DNA of 64,000 bases, from the NCBI GenBank assembly GCA_040376705.1, contig JBEIQE010000004.1, forward strand, positions 4,255 to 68,254, read 5' to 3'. Positions within the stretch are counted from its first letter, which is position 1; every line of letters begins with the position of its first letter. This stretch comes from Micavibrio sp. Lineage in GTDB: Bacteria; Pseudomonadota; Alphaproteobacteria; UBA2400. This document shows positions 11,052 to 20,565 of this stretch, in pieces. The notes under the pieces were generated by a model that saw only the letters and a program-made list of their open reading frames with translations, was not told where the DNA came from and did no database searches. Both the position numbers and the translations under genes were made by a program.

Positions 11052-11820
11052 CCACACCAGCGATAATCCGGTACCAGGCAAACACCTCAAATCCGTGTTT
11101 GGTCAGCCAGCCGATAAACGCCTTGATCACGATGATGGCGGTGATGAACGAGGTGACCAGGCCAATCGCCATCGACTGGAAATCGCTTACCTGCAGCGTA
11201 TCGTACTGCTTGAACAGCACCAGTACACCCGCGCCAATGAGTGTGGGGATGGCGAGGAAGAACGAGAATTCAGCCGCTGCCTTGCGATCAACACCCAGCA
11301 GTGTTGCGCCCACAATCGTCGCGCCCGAGCGCGAAACACCGGGGATCATGGCGATGCACTGGAACAAGCCGATTTTAAAGGCGGTGAGCAAAGTCAGATC
11401 ATCAACCGTATGCATAACGGGCGCGGGCTTTTTCTTCTCTACCAGCAGCATGAGGATACCGCCCACAATAAGCGAGATACACACAACATTTACGTTAAAC
11501 AGATACTCAGTGATGTAATCGCTAAGCAGCAAGCCCAACACGGCCGCCGGGAAGAAGCCCACGGTTACAGCCAGAGCAAACTTCTGCGCGACCTTATCGT
11601 GCGTGATGCCAATAACCGTAGACCACAGCTTGGCGAAGTAGAGGATAATAACAGCCAAGATCGCGCCGGTCTGGATAACCACCTCGAAGACTTCGCTTTC
11701 GGGCATGCCCAGTAGCTTGGCCGTGAGAATGAGATGGCCAGTGGATGAAACCGGCAAAAACTCGGTCACACCTTCGACGATGCCCATAATTGCGGCATGA
11801 ATAACTTGAGTTAAATCCAC
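11020..11820 (-). CDS. uppP: undecaprenyl-diphosphatase
   Basis: 266 aa with the BacA/UppP motif VTEFLPVSSTGHLIL and the C-terminal PGVSRSGATI. Confidence 0.92.
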   Translation of the reverse strand: MDLTQVIHAAIMGIVEGVTEFLPVSSTGHLILTAKLLGMPESEVFEVVIQTGAILAVIILYFAKLWSTVIGITHDKVAQKFALAVTVGFFPAAVLGLLLSDYITEYLFNVNVVCISLIVGGILMLLVEKKKPAPVMHTVDDLTLLTAFKIGLFQCIAMIPGVSRSGATIVGATLLGVDRKAAAEFSFFLAIPTLIGAGVLVLFKQYDTLQVSDFQSMAIGLVTSFITAIIVIKAFIGWLTKHGFEVFAWYRIIAGVVMLALFQYLG

Positions 11821-11879
11821 TTAGGGCCTCCGTGATGATGCACGGAGGAGTAGCCGGACACACGGCTCAGAGCAAGTGT

Positions 11880-12992
11880 TTAGGCAGCGGCTCTCGCAAG
11901 GTTACCCAGCTTGTTGAGGAGATAATCAACATCCTCAGTGGCCAGATCCTCATACTGCGTCAAGATGCGCTCGATCATGCGGCGGCGGTAACGCTCACGG
12001 TCACCCTCCTCGCCATCCATACGGGTTTCGCGCGCGACCTCAACAGCCACACGGAAGGCCTGATGCAGCGCCTTGGGCATGCCCGTACGTTCGTAGAGCG
12101 ACTTGAAGCCCAGTGGACCGGCATCATGAATCAGCATGCGGGCGTTAGTAATATTTACATCCGCCAGATTGGCAAAGGCCCACTCAAGGAAGGCCATATC
12201 ACCTACACAGGCGGCACGCAGCACCAGCGATGGCGTGAGGCGGCTGTTCTTGTAAAGCTGCAGCACCAAACGCTGTACATCATTTTCGCTAGCACCATCA
12301 AACAGGTTTACAGTGGCGCGCTCACGGCTCTGCATAATCAGGTCGGCAGCAACACCGGCTGGCAGCTCATGCTTTTGTACCAAAACATCCTGCAGCTTAC
12401 TTGAAACCATGGTGACAAGACGCTCGGCCACGGTAACCGGCAGCTTGTTGCGATTGACCATCGGAGCCTTAACCGCATCGCTCTCTTTAAAGCGGTCGAG
12501 CGCTGTATTGAGCACTTTCTCGTTCAGCTTGGCGCCTTCATTCACCATCAGTGAGGCAACGGCCTTTTCGCTGGCAGTGCTGACAATCACTTCAGACAGC
12601 TTTTCGGAAACCGTATCGCGCTGGGCAATGGCAGCCTGTTTGCCCTCAGAGCTGCTTTTGAGAATTTCCATCAGGTCTTCATCCGAGAAGACAGTGGATG
12701 ATTCAAGCATGGGCAGTGAAACAGATTCAACATCATGCGCCAGTCGCATCGCCACATCATGCGGTACATCAGCAATACTGCGCAGGTTATCGGCCAGTGC
12801 TTCACGCACCATCACAGCGGCGTCCTGCGTCATGAGCAGAATAATATCGTGAGCAATCTTGCGCTCGGCATCGGTCAACTGATGGTCAAACTGGGTCGCA
12901 ACCTTGCCGGCCGTAACAGCGCGGTTCTGCGGCGATGGGTCTTGCAGAAGACGGGCAACGTCCTTCTGCGACAGCGTCATTCTAGGTTCCAA
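11880..12992 (-). CDS. DUF2336-like HEAT/ARM-repeat protein (paralog 1)
   Basis: 370 aa, all-alpha and repetitive. The N-terminus (LSQKDVARLLQDPSPQNRAVTAGKVA) is shared with the second copy at 34983..36119. Confidence 0.55.
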   Translation of the reverse strand: MEPRMTLSQKDVARLLQDPSPQNRAVTAGKVATQFDHQLTDAERKIAHDIILLMTQDAAVMVREALADNLRSIADVPHDVAMRLAHDVESVSLPMLESSTVFSDEDLMEILKSSSEGKQAAIAQRDTVSEKLSEVIVSTASEKAVASLMVNEGAKLNEKVLNTALDRFKESDAVKAPMVNRNKLPVTVAERLVTMVSSKLQDVLVQKHELPAGVAADLIMQSRERATVNLFDGASENDVQRLVLQLYKNSRLTPSLVLRAACVGDMAFLEWAFANLADVNITNARMLIHDAGPLGFKSLYERTGMPKALHQAFRVAVEVARETRMDGEEGDRERYRRRMIERILTQYEDLATEDVDYLLNKLGNLARAAA

Positions 12993-13109
12993 TTTTACCC
13001 ACCCCGTTTAAGTCAGTTAGTTAGAGTCCTGTTAGCTTAGGGTTCAGAATAGGCTGCGACCTTTTATTTTCTGTTAATCCCTGATTCTTAAAGGGAATTT
13101 TTCCCTACG

Positions 13110-13736
13110 TTACCTGCGGCGGCGTTGATTTTCCTTAAGCTCTTCAAGCGTCCAGTTTACCAATTGTGATAAAACCTGCCCGCTGGCGGCCTGGAAAGCG
13201 TCCCGAACAGCTAAAACGGAGTCGTTTTGGGCCTCTACCTCGGCGGTAAAGACTTCGCCGGTCATGATCATGCGGCGCGGCATGGTAATGATTTTGGCAC
13301 TGATCGACACCCTGATGGTCGGTACCGGCCCGTTCCGGTAGTTCGACTCAAACGCCACAATATCGGTTTTGAACAGGTAGTCGGCCCGTAAACCTACATT
13401 CTCGCGGCCTACGGCTGGAAGACGACCGGAATTGGCAAAGGCTTCCACCAGCATGGTCTGCAACATCACCGGTGTGCGGTCAGTCCAGCTCACGTTCTTG
13501 TAATAAGCCATCGTACCATCGGACTGGATGAGTGCCACGCGCGGCGTATCAATACCAGCCGAAGCCATCGGCACGTCAATTAGCAGCTGCTTGTCGACCA
13601 GGGCCGAAGTGGTCTCAATTTTATCTGGCGCGCGCAGCTCATAAAGCGCAGGCGGCTCCCCCACTAAACTAGGCAAAAGATTGGAGCAACCCGCAAGCGG
13701 AATAACAGACAGGCAGATGGCGAGCAGCTTCTTCAT
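13110..13736 (-). CDS. ABC-type transport auxiliary lipoprotein (PqiC/YmbA-like)
   Basis: Lipobox (LAGCSN) after a signal peptide. It is the last gene of the Mce-type ABC operon and overlaps the MCE gene by 4 nt. Confidence 0.7.
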   Translation of the reverse strand: MKKLLAICLSVIPLAGCSNLLPSLVGEPPALYELRAPDKIETTSALVDKQLLIDVPMASAGIDTPRVALIQSDGTMAYYKNVSWTDRTPVMLQTMLVEAFANSGRLPAVGRENVGLRADYLFKTDIVAFESNYRNGPVPTIRVSISAKIITMPRRMIMTGEVFTAEVEAQNDSVLAVRDAFQAASGQVLSQLVNWTLEELKENQRRRR

Positions 13737-14656
13737 GGCGCAACCTCAACAGATGGTGTGACAGCAAGTTCCGGCGTAGAGGGCAGCGTGCGCTGCGGCG
13801 GGTTCTGGCGGCGTGAGGTGCTGCCACTTGGCTCAACACCCGAACGCGGGCCTGAGAGCAGGAAACCGCTGGGGTCGCGCTGCACCTGCGAGGCGATGCG
13901 GGACATATTCCCCACCAGCTCGCGCAGCTCGGCAATCAGCAGGGCCGCATCATAAAGCCCGGTAGTGGTAAAATCATGCAGCGGCTCGCGGTTCTCACTC
14001 AGCAAGCGCTTGGCCACATTAGCAGTATCGACTAGCGCTACAGCCAGCGCATCCGTACGCTCAGCCACCTTGCGGAAGTTCTCAAGCGCAGCCTTGGCAT
14101 CTGCCGTCAGCACCTCAGTATTGGCCAGAATACCGCTTACCTTTTCGGCATTCTCGGGCGTCAGGAAAGTGCCTGCACGCTGGGTCAGCTCGATGAGGTT
14201 ACTCAGCAGTTGCGGAGCGTTATCCAGCACTTCAGAGATTTGCGAAGGGCGCGACGGGATAACCGGTACACTGCCAACCGACCGCTCAATCGGCGGGCTG
14301 CCACGCGCACCACCAAAGATCTGGATATAGGCAATCCCGGTAATACCCTGCATTTCAATGCTGGCTACGGCATCCTGCGTTATCGGCGTATCGGACGGCA
14401 GCTCGATGGTCACACGCACCTTGCTAGCATCATCCGGCGCGATGCGGATATCGCCAACCACACCAACTGCCACACCGCGATAGCGCACTGCACTGCCTTC
14501 CTGCAGGCCGGTCACCGAGCCATCGAAATAGACATGATACGGCAGCGTCACTTCATCGAACTGTACCTTGGCAATATACACAACGAAGCCGAATAGCATG
14601 ACAATCATGGCCAGCACGAAAGTTCCGACGACGACATAACTGGCTCTGGTTTCCAT
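13733..14656 (-). CDS. MlaD/MCE-domain substrate-binding protein
   Basis: N-terminal TM anchor followed by an MCE domain (GSAVRYRGVAVGVVGDIRI…) and a long C-terminal helical region. Confidence 0.85.
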   Translation of the reverse strand: METRASYVVVGTFVLAMIVMLFGFVVYIAKVQFDEVTLPYHVYFDGSVTGLQEGSAVRYRGVAVGVVGDIRIAPDDASKVRVTIELPSDTPITQDAVASIEMQGITGIAYIQIFGGARGSPPIERSVGSVPVIPSRPSQISEVLDNAPQLLSNLIELTQRAGTFLTPENAEKVSGILANTEVLTADAKAALENFRKVAERTDALAVALVDTANVAKRLLSENREPLHDFTTTGLYDAALLIAELRELVGNMSRIASQVQRDPSGFLLSGPRSGVEPSGSTSRRQNPPQRTLPSTPELAVTPSVEVAP

Positions 14657-14659
14657 CGC

Positions 14660-15454
14660 TTATACCTCTCCTGCTGCCTGATGGGCCATAACAGCGCGTC
14701 CGCGCGGCCCACCAAAATATTCGCGTATCCAAGGATGGCCGTTTTCCCGCAACTCGGCCAGAGTACCAACAGTCACACGCTTGTCTACCAGTACGGCAAT
14801 ACGGTCGCATATGGCTGTCAGTGTATCGAGATCATGTGTAATCATCACCACGGTGAGGCCCAGGCTGTCGCGTAAAGAAAGTATAAGTTCGTCAAACGCG
14901 TTAGCACTGATGGGGTCGAGGCCGGCGGTCGGCTCATCTAGAAACACAATTTCGGGATCAAGCGCCAATGCGCGGGCCAGACCCACACGCTTTTTCATAC
15001 CGCCCGAAAGCTGGGAGGGGCGTTTGTCAGCCGCTTCGGTTGGCAGGCCAACCAGTGCCAGCTTGAGTGCGGCCAGATCGCGGCGCAGTGGAATTGAGAG
15101 ATTGGTGAACTCGCGCATAGGCATGAGAATGTTCTGCGCCACTGACTGCGCAGAGAATAATGCGCCCTCCTGAAACAGTACACCCCAGCGCTGGCGCAAG
15201 GCTTCGGCCCGGCGCGTGTCGTTGGTGTATGGGTCTTCGCCCAGTACCTTGATATTGCCTGCGGCCGGGCGCAGGAGGCCGATAATCTCTTTCATGAGAA
15301 CCGATTTGCCAGTGCCTGAACCACCAACCACGCCGATGATCTCGCCGCGGCGCACATGCAGATCAAGGTTCTGGTGAATCACCTGTGGCCCGAAGCGGGT
15401 CATGAGGCCTTCAACGGAGATGACGATATCTTCGGCCATTATATACCCAACCAT
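14660..15454 (-). CDS. ABC transporter ATP-binding protein (MlaF-like)
   Basis: Walker A GGSGTGKS, signature LSGGMKKRVGLARAL, Walker B IVFLDEPTAGLD. Confidence 0.9.
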   Translation of the reverse strand: MVGYIMAEDIVISVEGLMTRFGPQVIHQNLDLHVRRGEIIGVVGGSGTGKSVLMKEIIGLLRPAAGNIKVLGEDPYTNDTRRAEALRQRWGVLFQEGALFSAQSVAQNILMPMREFTNLSIPLRRDLAALKLALVGLPTEAADKRPSQLSGGMKKRVGLARALALDPEIVFLDEPTAGLDPISANAFDELILSLRDSLGLTVVMITHDLDTLTAICDRIAVLVDKRVTVGTLAELRENGHPWIREYFGGPRGRAVMAHQAAGEV

Positions 15455-16572
15455 GCAAAGAGGATGGAGAATGCCGCATCAAGCACGATCACGAGGAAAA
15501 TGGAGTGCACCACAGCGCGGGTGGTAAGCTGGCCCACGCTCTCGGCACTACCGGTAACCCTAAAGCCCTGATAGCAACCCACAACCGCAATCACGAAAGC
15601 AAATACTGGCGCCTTGATGAGCCCCACCCAAAGGGTCCAGAGGTCAATCGCTTCCTGCAGCTGGCGCATAAAAGCACCGGGGCCGATGTCAAGCGAGGCC
15701 CAGCACATGAACGCACCACCTAGCAGACCCATAATATTGGCGTAAAGCGCCAGTAATGGCAGTGCAATCGTAAGCGCAATCACGCGCGGCACTACCAGCA
15801 GCTCGGCAGGCTCGAGGCCCAGTGTGCGTAGCGCATCAATCTCCTGATTAACCTGCATGGTGCCGATCTGCGCCGTGAAGGCAGAGCCTGAGCGACCCGC
15901 GATGATAATCGCTGTCATGAGCACGCCGATTTCGCGCAGCATGGAGACGCCCAGCAAATTGACCACATAGAGATCAGCCCCGAACTGCCGCAGCTGCTCA
16001 GCACCCTGATATGAAATGACGATACCAATAAGAAATGAGAGTAATCCAACGATGGGCAGCGCTTTAAGGCCGGTTTCCTCTATATGATGAACTGTCGAAC
16101 AATACCGCAAACGCCATGGCTGCACGGTATTGCGCCACAGGGTTACTGTAATGAGGCCCAGAAATGACAGGAAACAAACCGTATCTTCCCAGAAGGCGAT
16201 GGTCGCCTGCCCCAGCACCATAAGGCGCATGTAAAACGGATTCATGCGTTGCGGCTTGGGCATGGTCTTGTCGCGCACCACGCCAACTGCCGACAGCAGG
16301 GTTTTCATATGCTCGGGCACATTGACAAAGTCGGCTGCCATGCCCTCGCCATGCAGGCGGTCGTACAGCTGCCACAGCAGCATCGCGCCTGCGGTATCGA
16401 GGTGCTCAATCTGGCCTAAATCGAGATGAACCGGTGCGGAAGGTTTGGGTAAGCGCTTGAGATATAGGTCAATTGCATTGGCATTACCAACCAGCCACGC
16501 CCCCAAAGGCTGCCAGACGGCGCCCGCGCCGCCGGTCCCCGTATCCATCCATTTTTCTGCTTTGGCCGACAT
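15439..16572 (-). CDS. MlaE-type ABC permease fused to an N-terminal STAS domain
   Basis: The N-terminal ~110 aa resemble a STAS/anti-sigma-antagonist domain (VHLDLGQIEHLDTAGAMLLWQLYDRL). The remainder is an MlaE/YrbE-like 5-6 TM permease. Confidence 0.8.
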   Translation of the reverse strand: MSAKAEKWMDTGTGGAGAVWQPLGAWLVGNANAIDLYLKRLPKPSAPVHLDLGQIEHLDTAGAMLLWQLYDRLHGEGMAADFVNVPEHMKTLLSAVGVVRDKTMPKPQRMNPFYMRLMVLGQATIAFWEDTVCFLSFLGLITVTLWRNTVQPWRLRYCSTVHHIEETGLKALPIVGLLSFLIGIVISYQGAEQLRQFGADLYVVNLLGVSMLREIGVLMTAIIIAGRSGSAFTAQIGTMQVNQEIDALRTLGLEPAELLVVPRVIALTIALPLLALYANIMGLLGGAFMCWASLDIGPGAFMRQLQEAIDLWTLWVGLIKAPVFAFVIAVVGCYQGFRVTGSAESVGQLTTRAVVHSIFLVIVLDAAFSILFAWLGI

Positions 16573-16683
16573 GTTGCTTCCCTACCATGGTTTGATAATT
16601 CAAACGACGGTAAAGGTTTGGTCAACCTTGCTTAAAGTAATATATCCCCCTAGGCTGTTGCCAAGTTACCTGAGGGAGACCCT

Positions 16684-17199
16684 ATGGGCGTTGAATATAA
16701 ACCTTATGTCCGTACTTTTCCGGATTTCCCGACCCCCGGTACGCTGTTTTACGACATCGCCCCGCTGCTAGCTAACGGAAATGCTTGGCATAATGCCATC
16801 GACCGTTTGAGCGAGAAAATTCTGGTCTTCAATCCCGACATGCTGATCGGCATCGAATCACGCGGCTTCCTGCTGGCGGCTCCACTGGCCTATCGCCTCG
16901 CCTGTGGTTTCGCCATGGTGCGTAAGTCGGGCAAATTACCCGGCGAGACCGAATCGGTAAGCTATGAGCTGGAATACGGCAACGGCACGGTTGAGGCACA
17001 AAAGGACTGCGTGAAGCCCGGACAGCGTGTGGTTATTCTCGACGACATTCTGGCCACTGGCGGTACCGCAGGTGCAGCCATCAAGCTGGTGAATGAACTG
17101 GGCGGTAAGGTTGAAGGCGCTGCCTTCCTCATTGAGCTCTCCAAGCTCGAAGGCCGCAAGAAGCTGAATGTGCCCTACTACTCGCTCATGAACTTCTAA
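16684..17199 (+). CDS. apt: adenine phosphoribosyltransferase
   Basis: PRTase motif VVILDDILATGGT and a typical Apt N-terminus (RTFPDFPTPGTLFYDI). Confidence 0.9.
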   Translation: MGVEYKPYVRTFPDFPTPGTLFYDIAPLLANGNAWHNAIDRLSEKILVFNPDMLIGIESRGFLLAAPLAYRLACGFAMVRKSGKLPGETESVSYELEYGNGTVEAQKDCVKPGQRVVILDDILATGGTAGAAIKLVNELGGKVEGAAFLIELSKLEGRKKLNVPYYSLMNF

Positions 17200-17222
17200 G
17201 CATTAAACACAAAAAGAAAAAA

Positions 17223-17250
17223 CCCCGGCCATCACAGCCGGGGTTTTTCT
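17223..17250. terminator. bidirectional intrinsic terminator between apt and a convergent small ORF
   Basis: Hairpin CCCCGGCC-ATCACA-GCCGGGG flanked by an A-run upstream and TTTTT downstream, so it reads as a hairpin plus U-tract on both strands. Confidence 0.65.
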
Positions 17251-17267
17251 TGATCTCTTTAAAGACG

Positions 17268-17438
17268 CTAATCGTGCTTCTTGGCAGGAACAGACCCACC
17301 CATACGGTTACGCATCAGGTTGTCCATGCGCTCCTGCAGTTGCGCTGCCGTATCGGCATCGCCACCTGCTTTGGCTGCCTGCTGCTGCTCACTCATACGG
17401 TTATAGGCGTTTCGTGCGCCGCGCGATCTGGGTCCCAT
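17268..17438 (-). CDS. small basic hypothetical protein (56 aa)
   Basis: Unlisted ORF MGPRSRGARNAYNRMSEQQQAAKAGGDADTAAQLQERMDNLMRNRMGGSVPAKKHD. GAGGAG lies 6 nt upstream of the ATG, and it ends at the bidirectional terminator. Confidence 0.4.
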   Translation of the reverse strand: MGPRSRGARNAYNRMSEQQQAAKAGGDADTAAQLQERMDNLMRNRMGGSVPAKKHD

Positions 17439-17562
17439 GTTCATCTCCTCAGTTAATTCTATAGTTAGCTTATAGAAACTACCCTCGGGTCATCAAGACA
17501 ATCACGCGGCAGCATGGTTAACGGGAAATTACTGAACCCTCCAACGCATGCTTATTGCGCAA

Positions 17563-18996
17563 TCAGCCCTGTCCGGCACTAAAGCCCGATATGCCATCGA
17601 AGGTGCAGAGCGTTTCCATCTTGATGAAGTCGAGCCCGGCCTTGCTCAGCGCGTTCAGCTGGGCAGTAATATCATCATGGCTCACAACGCCACCCTTCTT
17701 CATGAAGCGCAGGCAGAAGTGATCAATACCTACTGAACCGGCCTGCCCCTGTGGCCACATTTTCAGGCCGCGGGCAGTGATGGCCTGCATCTCAAGGCCA
17801 GCAGTGCCGGCAGGCTTGGCCTTCCCAGCGAGAACCTCGATATCCGCACCCTTCCAGTTTACCCAGATATCTACACCCACAACTTCTTTCTTGGTGGGTG
17901 CCGCTTCACGTACCTTGATCTCGGGCATGCCCTTGGCAGCGCCGTATACAATCGGCTTGAACTGCTTGGGTAGCTGGCCGAGATGCTTGATGACCTCATC
18001 CGCAAACTCTTTGGTACCCACGCGCTTCTTGCTCGAGCCTTCGCGGTAGATATCGCCAGTATGATTGCCGCTCTCAAGTGCACACAGCCATGCATTATGG
18101 ATTTTGCCTGCAACTTCAGGCTGGCCGATATGAATGAGCATCATGATGGAAGAGAGCAGCAGGCCAGAAGGGTTAGCAATACCCTTGCCTGCAATATCCG
18201 GTGCCGAGCCGTGAATGGCCTCGAACATCGCGCACTGGGTACCGATATTGGATGAACCCGCCAGACCAACCGAACCGGTAATCTGCGCGGCAATGTCAGA
18301 GATGATATCGCCATACAGATTGAGCGTGACGATAACATCAAACCGCTCGGGGCTATCGGCAATGCGTGCAGCCCCGATATCAACGATAATACTGTCTTTT
18401 ACGATATCGGGATACTCAGCGCCGATTTCATCAAACACCTTGTGGAAAATGCCATCGGTCAGCTTCATGATGTTGTCTTTCACCATGGCTGTAACCTTCT
18501 TGCGGCCATTGGCGCGGGCGTATTCAAACGCATAACGCACGATGCGCTCACAGCCAGGGCGGCTGATGATCTTGAGGCACTGGTACACATCATCAGTCTG
18601 GCGATGCTCGATACCGGCGTAGAGATCTTCCTCATTCTCGCGCACAATTACCATATCAAGCACAGGGTGCTTGGTGGCCACGATGGGATGGTATGAAACA
18701 CACGGGCGCACGTTGGCATAAAGGCCAAGCGCCTTGCGTACGGTTACGTTCAGGCTCTTGAAACCACCACCCTGCGGTGTGGTAATAGGCGCCTTGAGGA
18801 ACACTTTGGTGCGCTTGAGGCTCTCCCATGAGCTATCCTCGATACCTGTATTGATGCCTTTTTTATAGATGTCCTCGCCAATCACAATCTCTTCGATGGC
18901 GATATCCGCCCCCGCAGCCTTGAGAACGGCGAGCGTGGCTTCCATGATTTCGGGGCCGATGCCGTTACCGCGTGCGATTGTAATTGGTGTAGCCAT
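17563..18996 (-). CDS. icd: isocitrate dehydrogenase (long-form, beta-decarboxylating dehydrogenase family)
   Basis: IDH/IMDH family motifs (VRENEEDLYAGIEHR; GSAPDIAGKGIANP) plus a ~120-aa C-terminal extension, 477 aa in total. Confidence 0.75.
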   Translation of the reverse strand: MATPITIARGNGIGPEIMEATLAVLKAAGADIAIEEIVIGEDIYKKGINTGIEDSSWESLKRTKVFLKAPITTPQGGGFKSLNVTVRKALGLYANVRPCVSYHPIVATKHPVLDMVIVRENEEDLYAGIEHRQTDDVYQCLKIISRPGCERIVRYAFEYARANGRKKVTAMVKDNIMKLTDGIFHKVFDEIGAEYPDIVKDSIIVDIGAARIADSPERFDVIVTLNLYGDIISDIAAQITGSVGLAGSSNIGTQCAMFEAIHGSAPDIAGKGIANPSGLLLSSIMMLIHIGQPEVAGKIHNAWLCALESGNHTGDIYREGSSKKRVGTKEFADEVIKHLGQLPKQFKPIVYGAAKGMPEIKVREAAPTKKEVVGVDIWVNWKGADIEVLAGKAKPAGTAGLEMQAITARGLKMWPQGQAGSVGIDHFCLRFMKKGGVVSHDDITAQLNALSKAGLDFIKMETLCTFDGISGFSAGQG

Positions 18997-19072
18997 AAAT
19001 AACTCCTGAAGGTCACAAAGATACGAACGGAAAAATCCGCCCTTATCATGCCTTTAAGGAGTTAATCGGGTC

Positions 19073-19687
19073 TTAAGTTCGCGCGCGGCGCTTCAGGCGC
19101 GGCGCATGGCCATAGTGGTCTGCCACGCGGTAAGCCAGCAACACAGCCAAAACCGCAGCGTAAATCAGGGGTTCTGTGGTCAAATTCTTGGAGGATTTCA
19201 TCCAGTAAAAATGCAACACCCCCAAAATACCCGCAGCATAGACCAGCTGATGCAGCCTGCGCCAGCGCACGCCCCCTACTCTTTTGATCATCTTGTCGGT
19301 TGAGGTGATGGCCAGCGGCAACATGATGAGCAGCGAAAGCATACCCACAGTGATGTAGGGCCTGCGCACAACCTCACGCCACAGCGCCGACATATCAAAA
19401 CTCAAATCTGCGCCGAAGAACACCATTAGGTGCAGGAAAGCATAAAAGAAAGCATAAAGCCCCAGCATGCGCCGCAGCGGCGCCAACCAGGCCCAGCCGG
19501 TAAACTTGCGCAACGGCGTAATAGCCAAGGTAATGAGCAAAAATTTGAGCGCCCATTCGCCCAAATCACGCAGCACATACTCAACCGGGTTAACGCCCAG
19601 CTTGGCCATAAAGCCAAGGTAGACCAGCTGCACGAGCGGCAGCAGGCACAACACAAAAACCGTAGGCTTGAGCCAGCGCGGCAGCAT
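19073..19687 (-). CDS. msrQ: protein-methionine-sulfoxide reductase heme-binding subunit MsrQ
   Basis: 204-aa six-TM YedZ-like protein with conserved His residues in the TM helices. It overlaps the msrP stop. Confidence 0.85.
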   Translation of the reverse strand: MLPRWLKPTVFVLCLLPLVQLVYLGFMAKLGVNPVEYVLRDLGEWALKFLLITLAITPLRKFTGWAWLAPLRRMLGLYAFFYAFLHLMVFFGADLSFDMSALWREVVRRPYITVGMLSLLIMLPLAITSTDKMIKRVGGVRWRRLHQLVYAAGILGVLHFYWMKSSKNLTTEPLIYAAVLAVLLAYRVADHYGHAPRLKRRART

Positions 19688-20565
19688 CAGTAATTCGCCT
19701 TCAGGTCCATGCCCGTATAAAGGCCAGCCACCTGCTCGGCATAGCCATTGAACATCAGCGTGTCACGTTTGAAGAACTCGCCAATACGGCGCTCGGTCGC
19801 CTGCGACCAGCGCGGATGGTCAACCGTGGGGTTCACATTCGAATAGAAGCCATACTCACGCGGCGCCGAGCGGTTCCAGCTGGTGGGTGGCTCTGCCTCA
19901 GTGAAGGTGATTTTCACAATCGACTTGATGCTCTTGAAGCCATACTTCCATGGCACCACAAGCCTGATCGGCGCCCCGTTCTGGTTAGGCATACTCTCGC
20001 TATAAAGGCCTGTTGCCATGATGGTGAGCGGGTGCATGGCCTCATCCATCCGCAAACCCTCAACATAGGGCCACTGCAGCACCGGGCTGCGCAGGCCGGG
20101 CATTTGCTGCGGGTCGTTTAGCGTTTCAAAGGCTACATATTTGGCACTGCCCAGCGGCTCAAACCGCTTGAGCAGGTCGCCCAGCGCAAAGCCGTTCCAT
20201 GGAATGACCATCGACCAGCCTTCAACACAGCGCATGCGGTAGATACGCTCTTCGATGGTATGCGGCTTGATTAAATCCTCAATGCTGAGCGTGCCCGGTT
20301 TGGCGCAGAGGCCATCGACGACCACCGACCATGGCGACGGCTTGAGCGTATGCGCATTCTTGGCTGGATCGCTCTTATCGGTGCCGAATTCGTAGAAGTT
20401 ATTATAAGTGGTCACAGCCTCACGCGGGGTCTTGGCCTCATCAGTATTAAACGCAGATGCAGCGGCAGCAGGCATGGCGGACACCATGAGACCCGCCGAG
20501 ATCAGCCACTCACGGCGGTTGAGATAAACATCCTTGGGCGTAATCTCACTGCTGAGGATTTTCAT
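19687..20565 (-). CDS. msrP: protein-methionine-sulfoxide reductase catalytic subunit MsrP (molybdopterin)
   Basis: 292 aa with a Tat-like signal ([21 protein letters not shown]) and a YedY/sulfite-oxidase-type Mo-binding domain. Confidence 0.88.
   Translation of the reverse strand: MKILSSEITPKDVYLNRREWLISAGLMVSAMPAAAASAFNTDEAKTPREAVTTYNNFYEFGTDKSDPAKNAHTLKPSPWSVVVDGLCAKPGTLSIEDLIKPHTIEERIYRMRCVEGWSMVIPWNGFALGDLLKRFEPLGSAKYVAFETLNDPQQMPGLRSPVLQWPYVEGLRMDEAMHPLTIMATGLYSESMPNQNGAPIRLVVPWKYGFKSIKSIVKITFTEAEPPTSWNRSAPREYGFYSNVNPTVDHPRWSQATERRIGEFFKRDTLMFNGYAEQVAGLYTGMDLKANY

Noticed and set aside
12993-13109. AGGGA-ATTTT-TCCCT hairpin downstream of the Mce operon
   Set aside because: It has only a 5-bp stem and no U-tract on the transcribed strand, so it is too weak to call a terminator.
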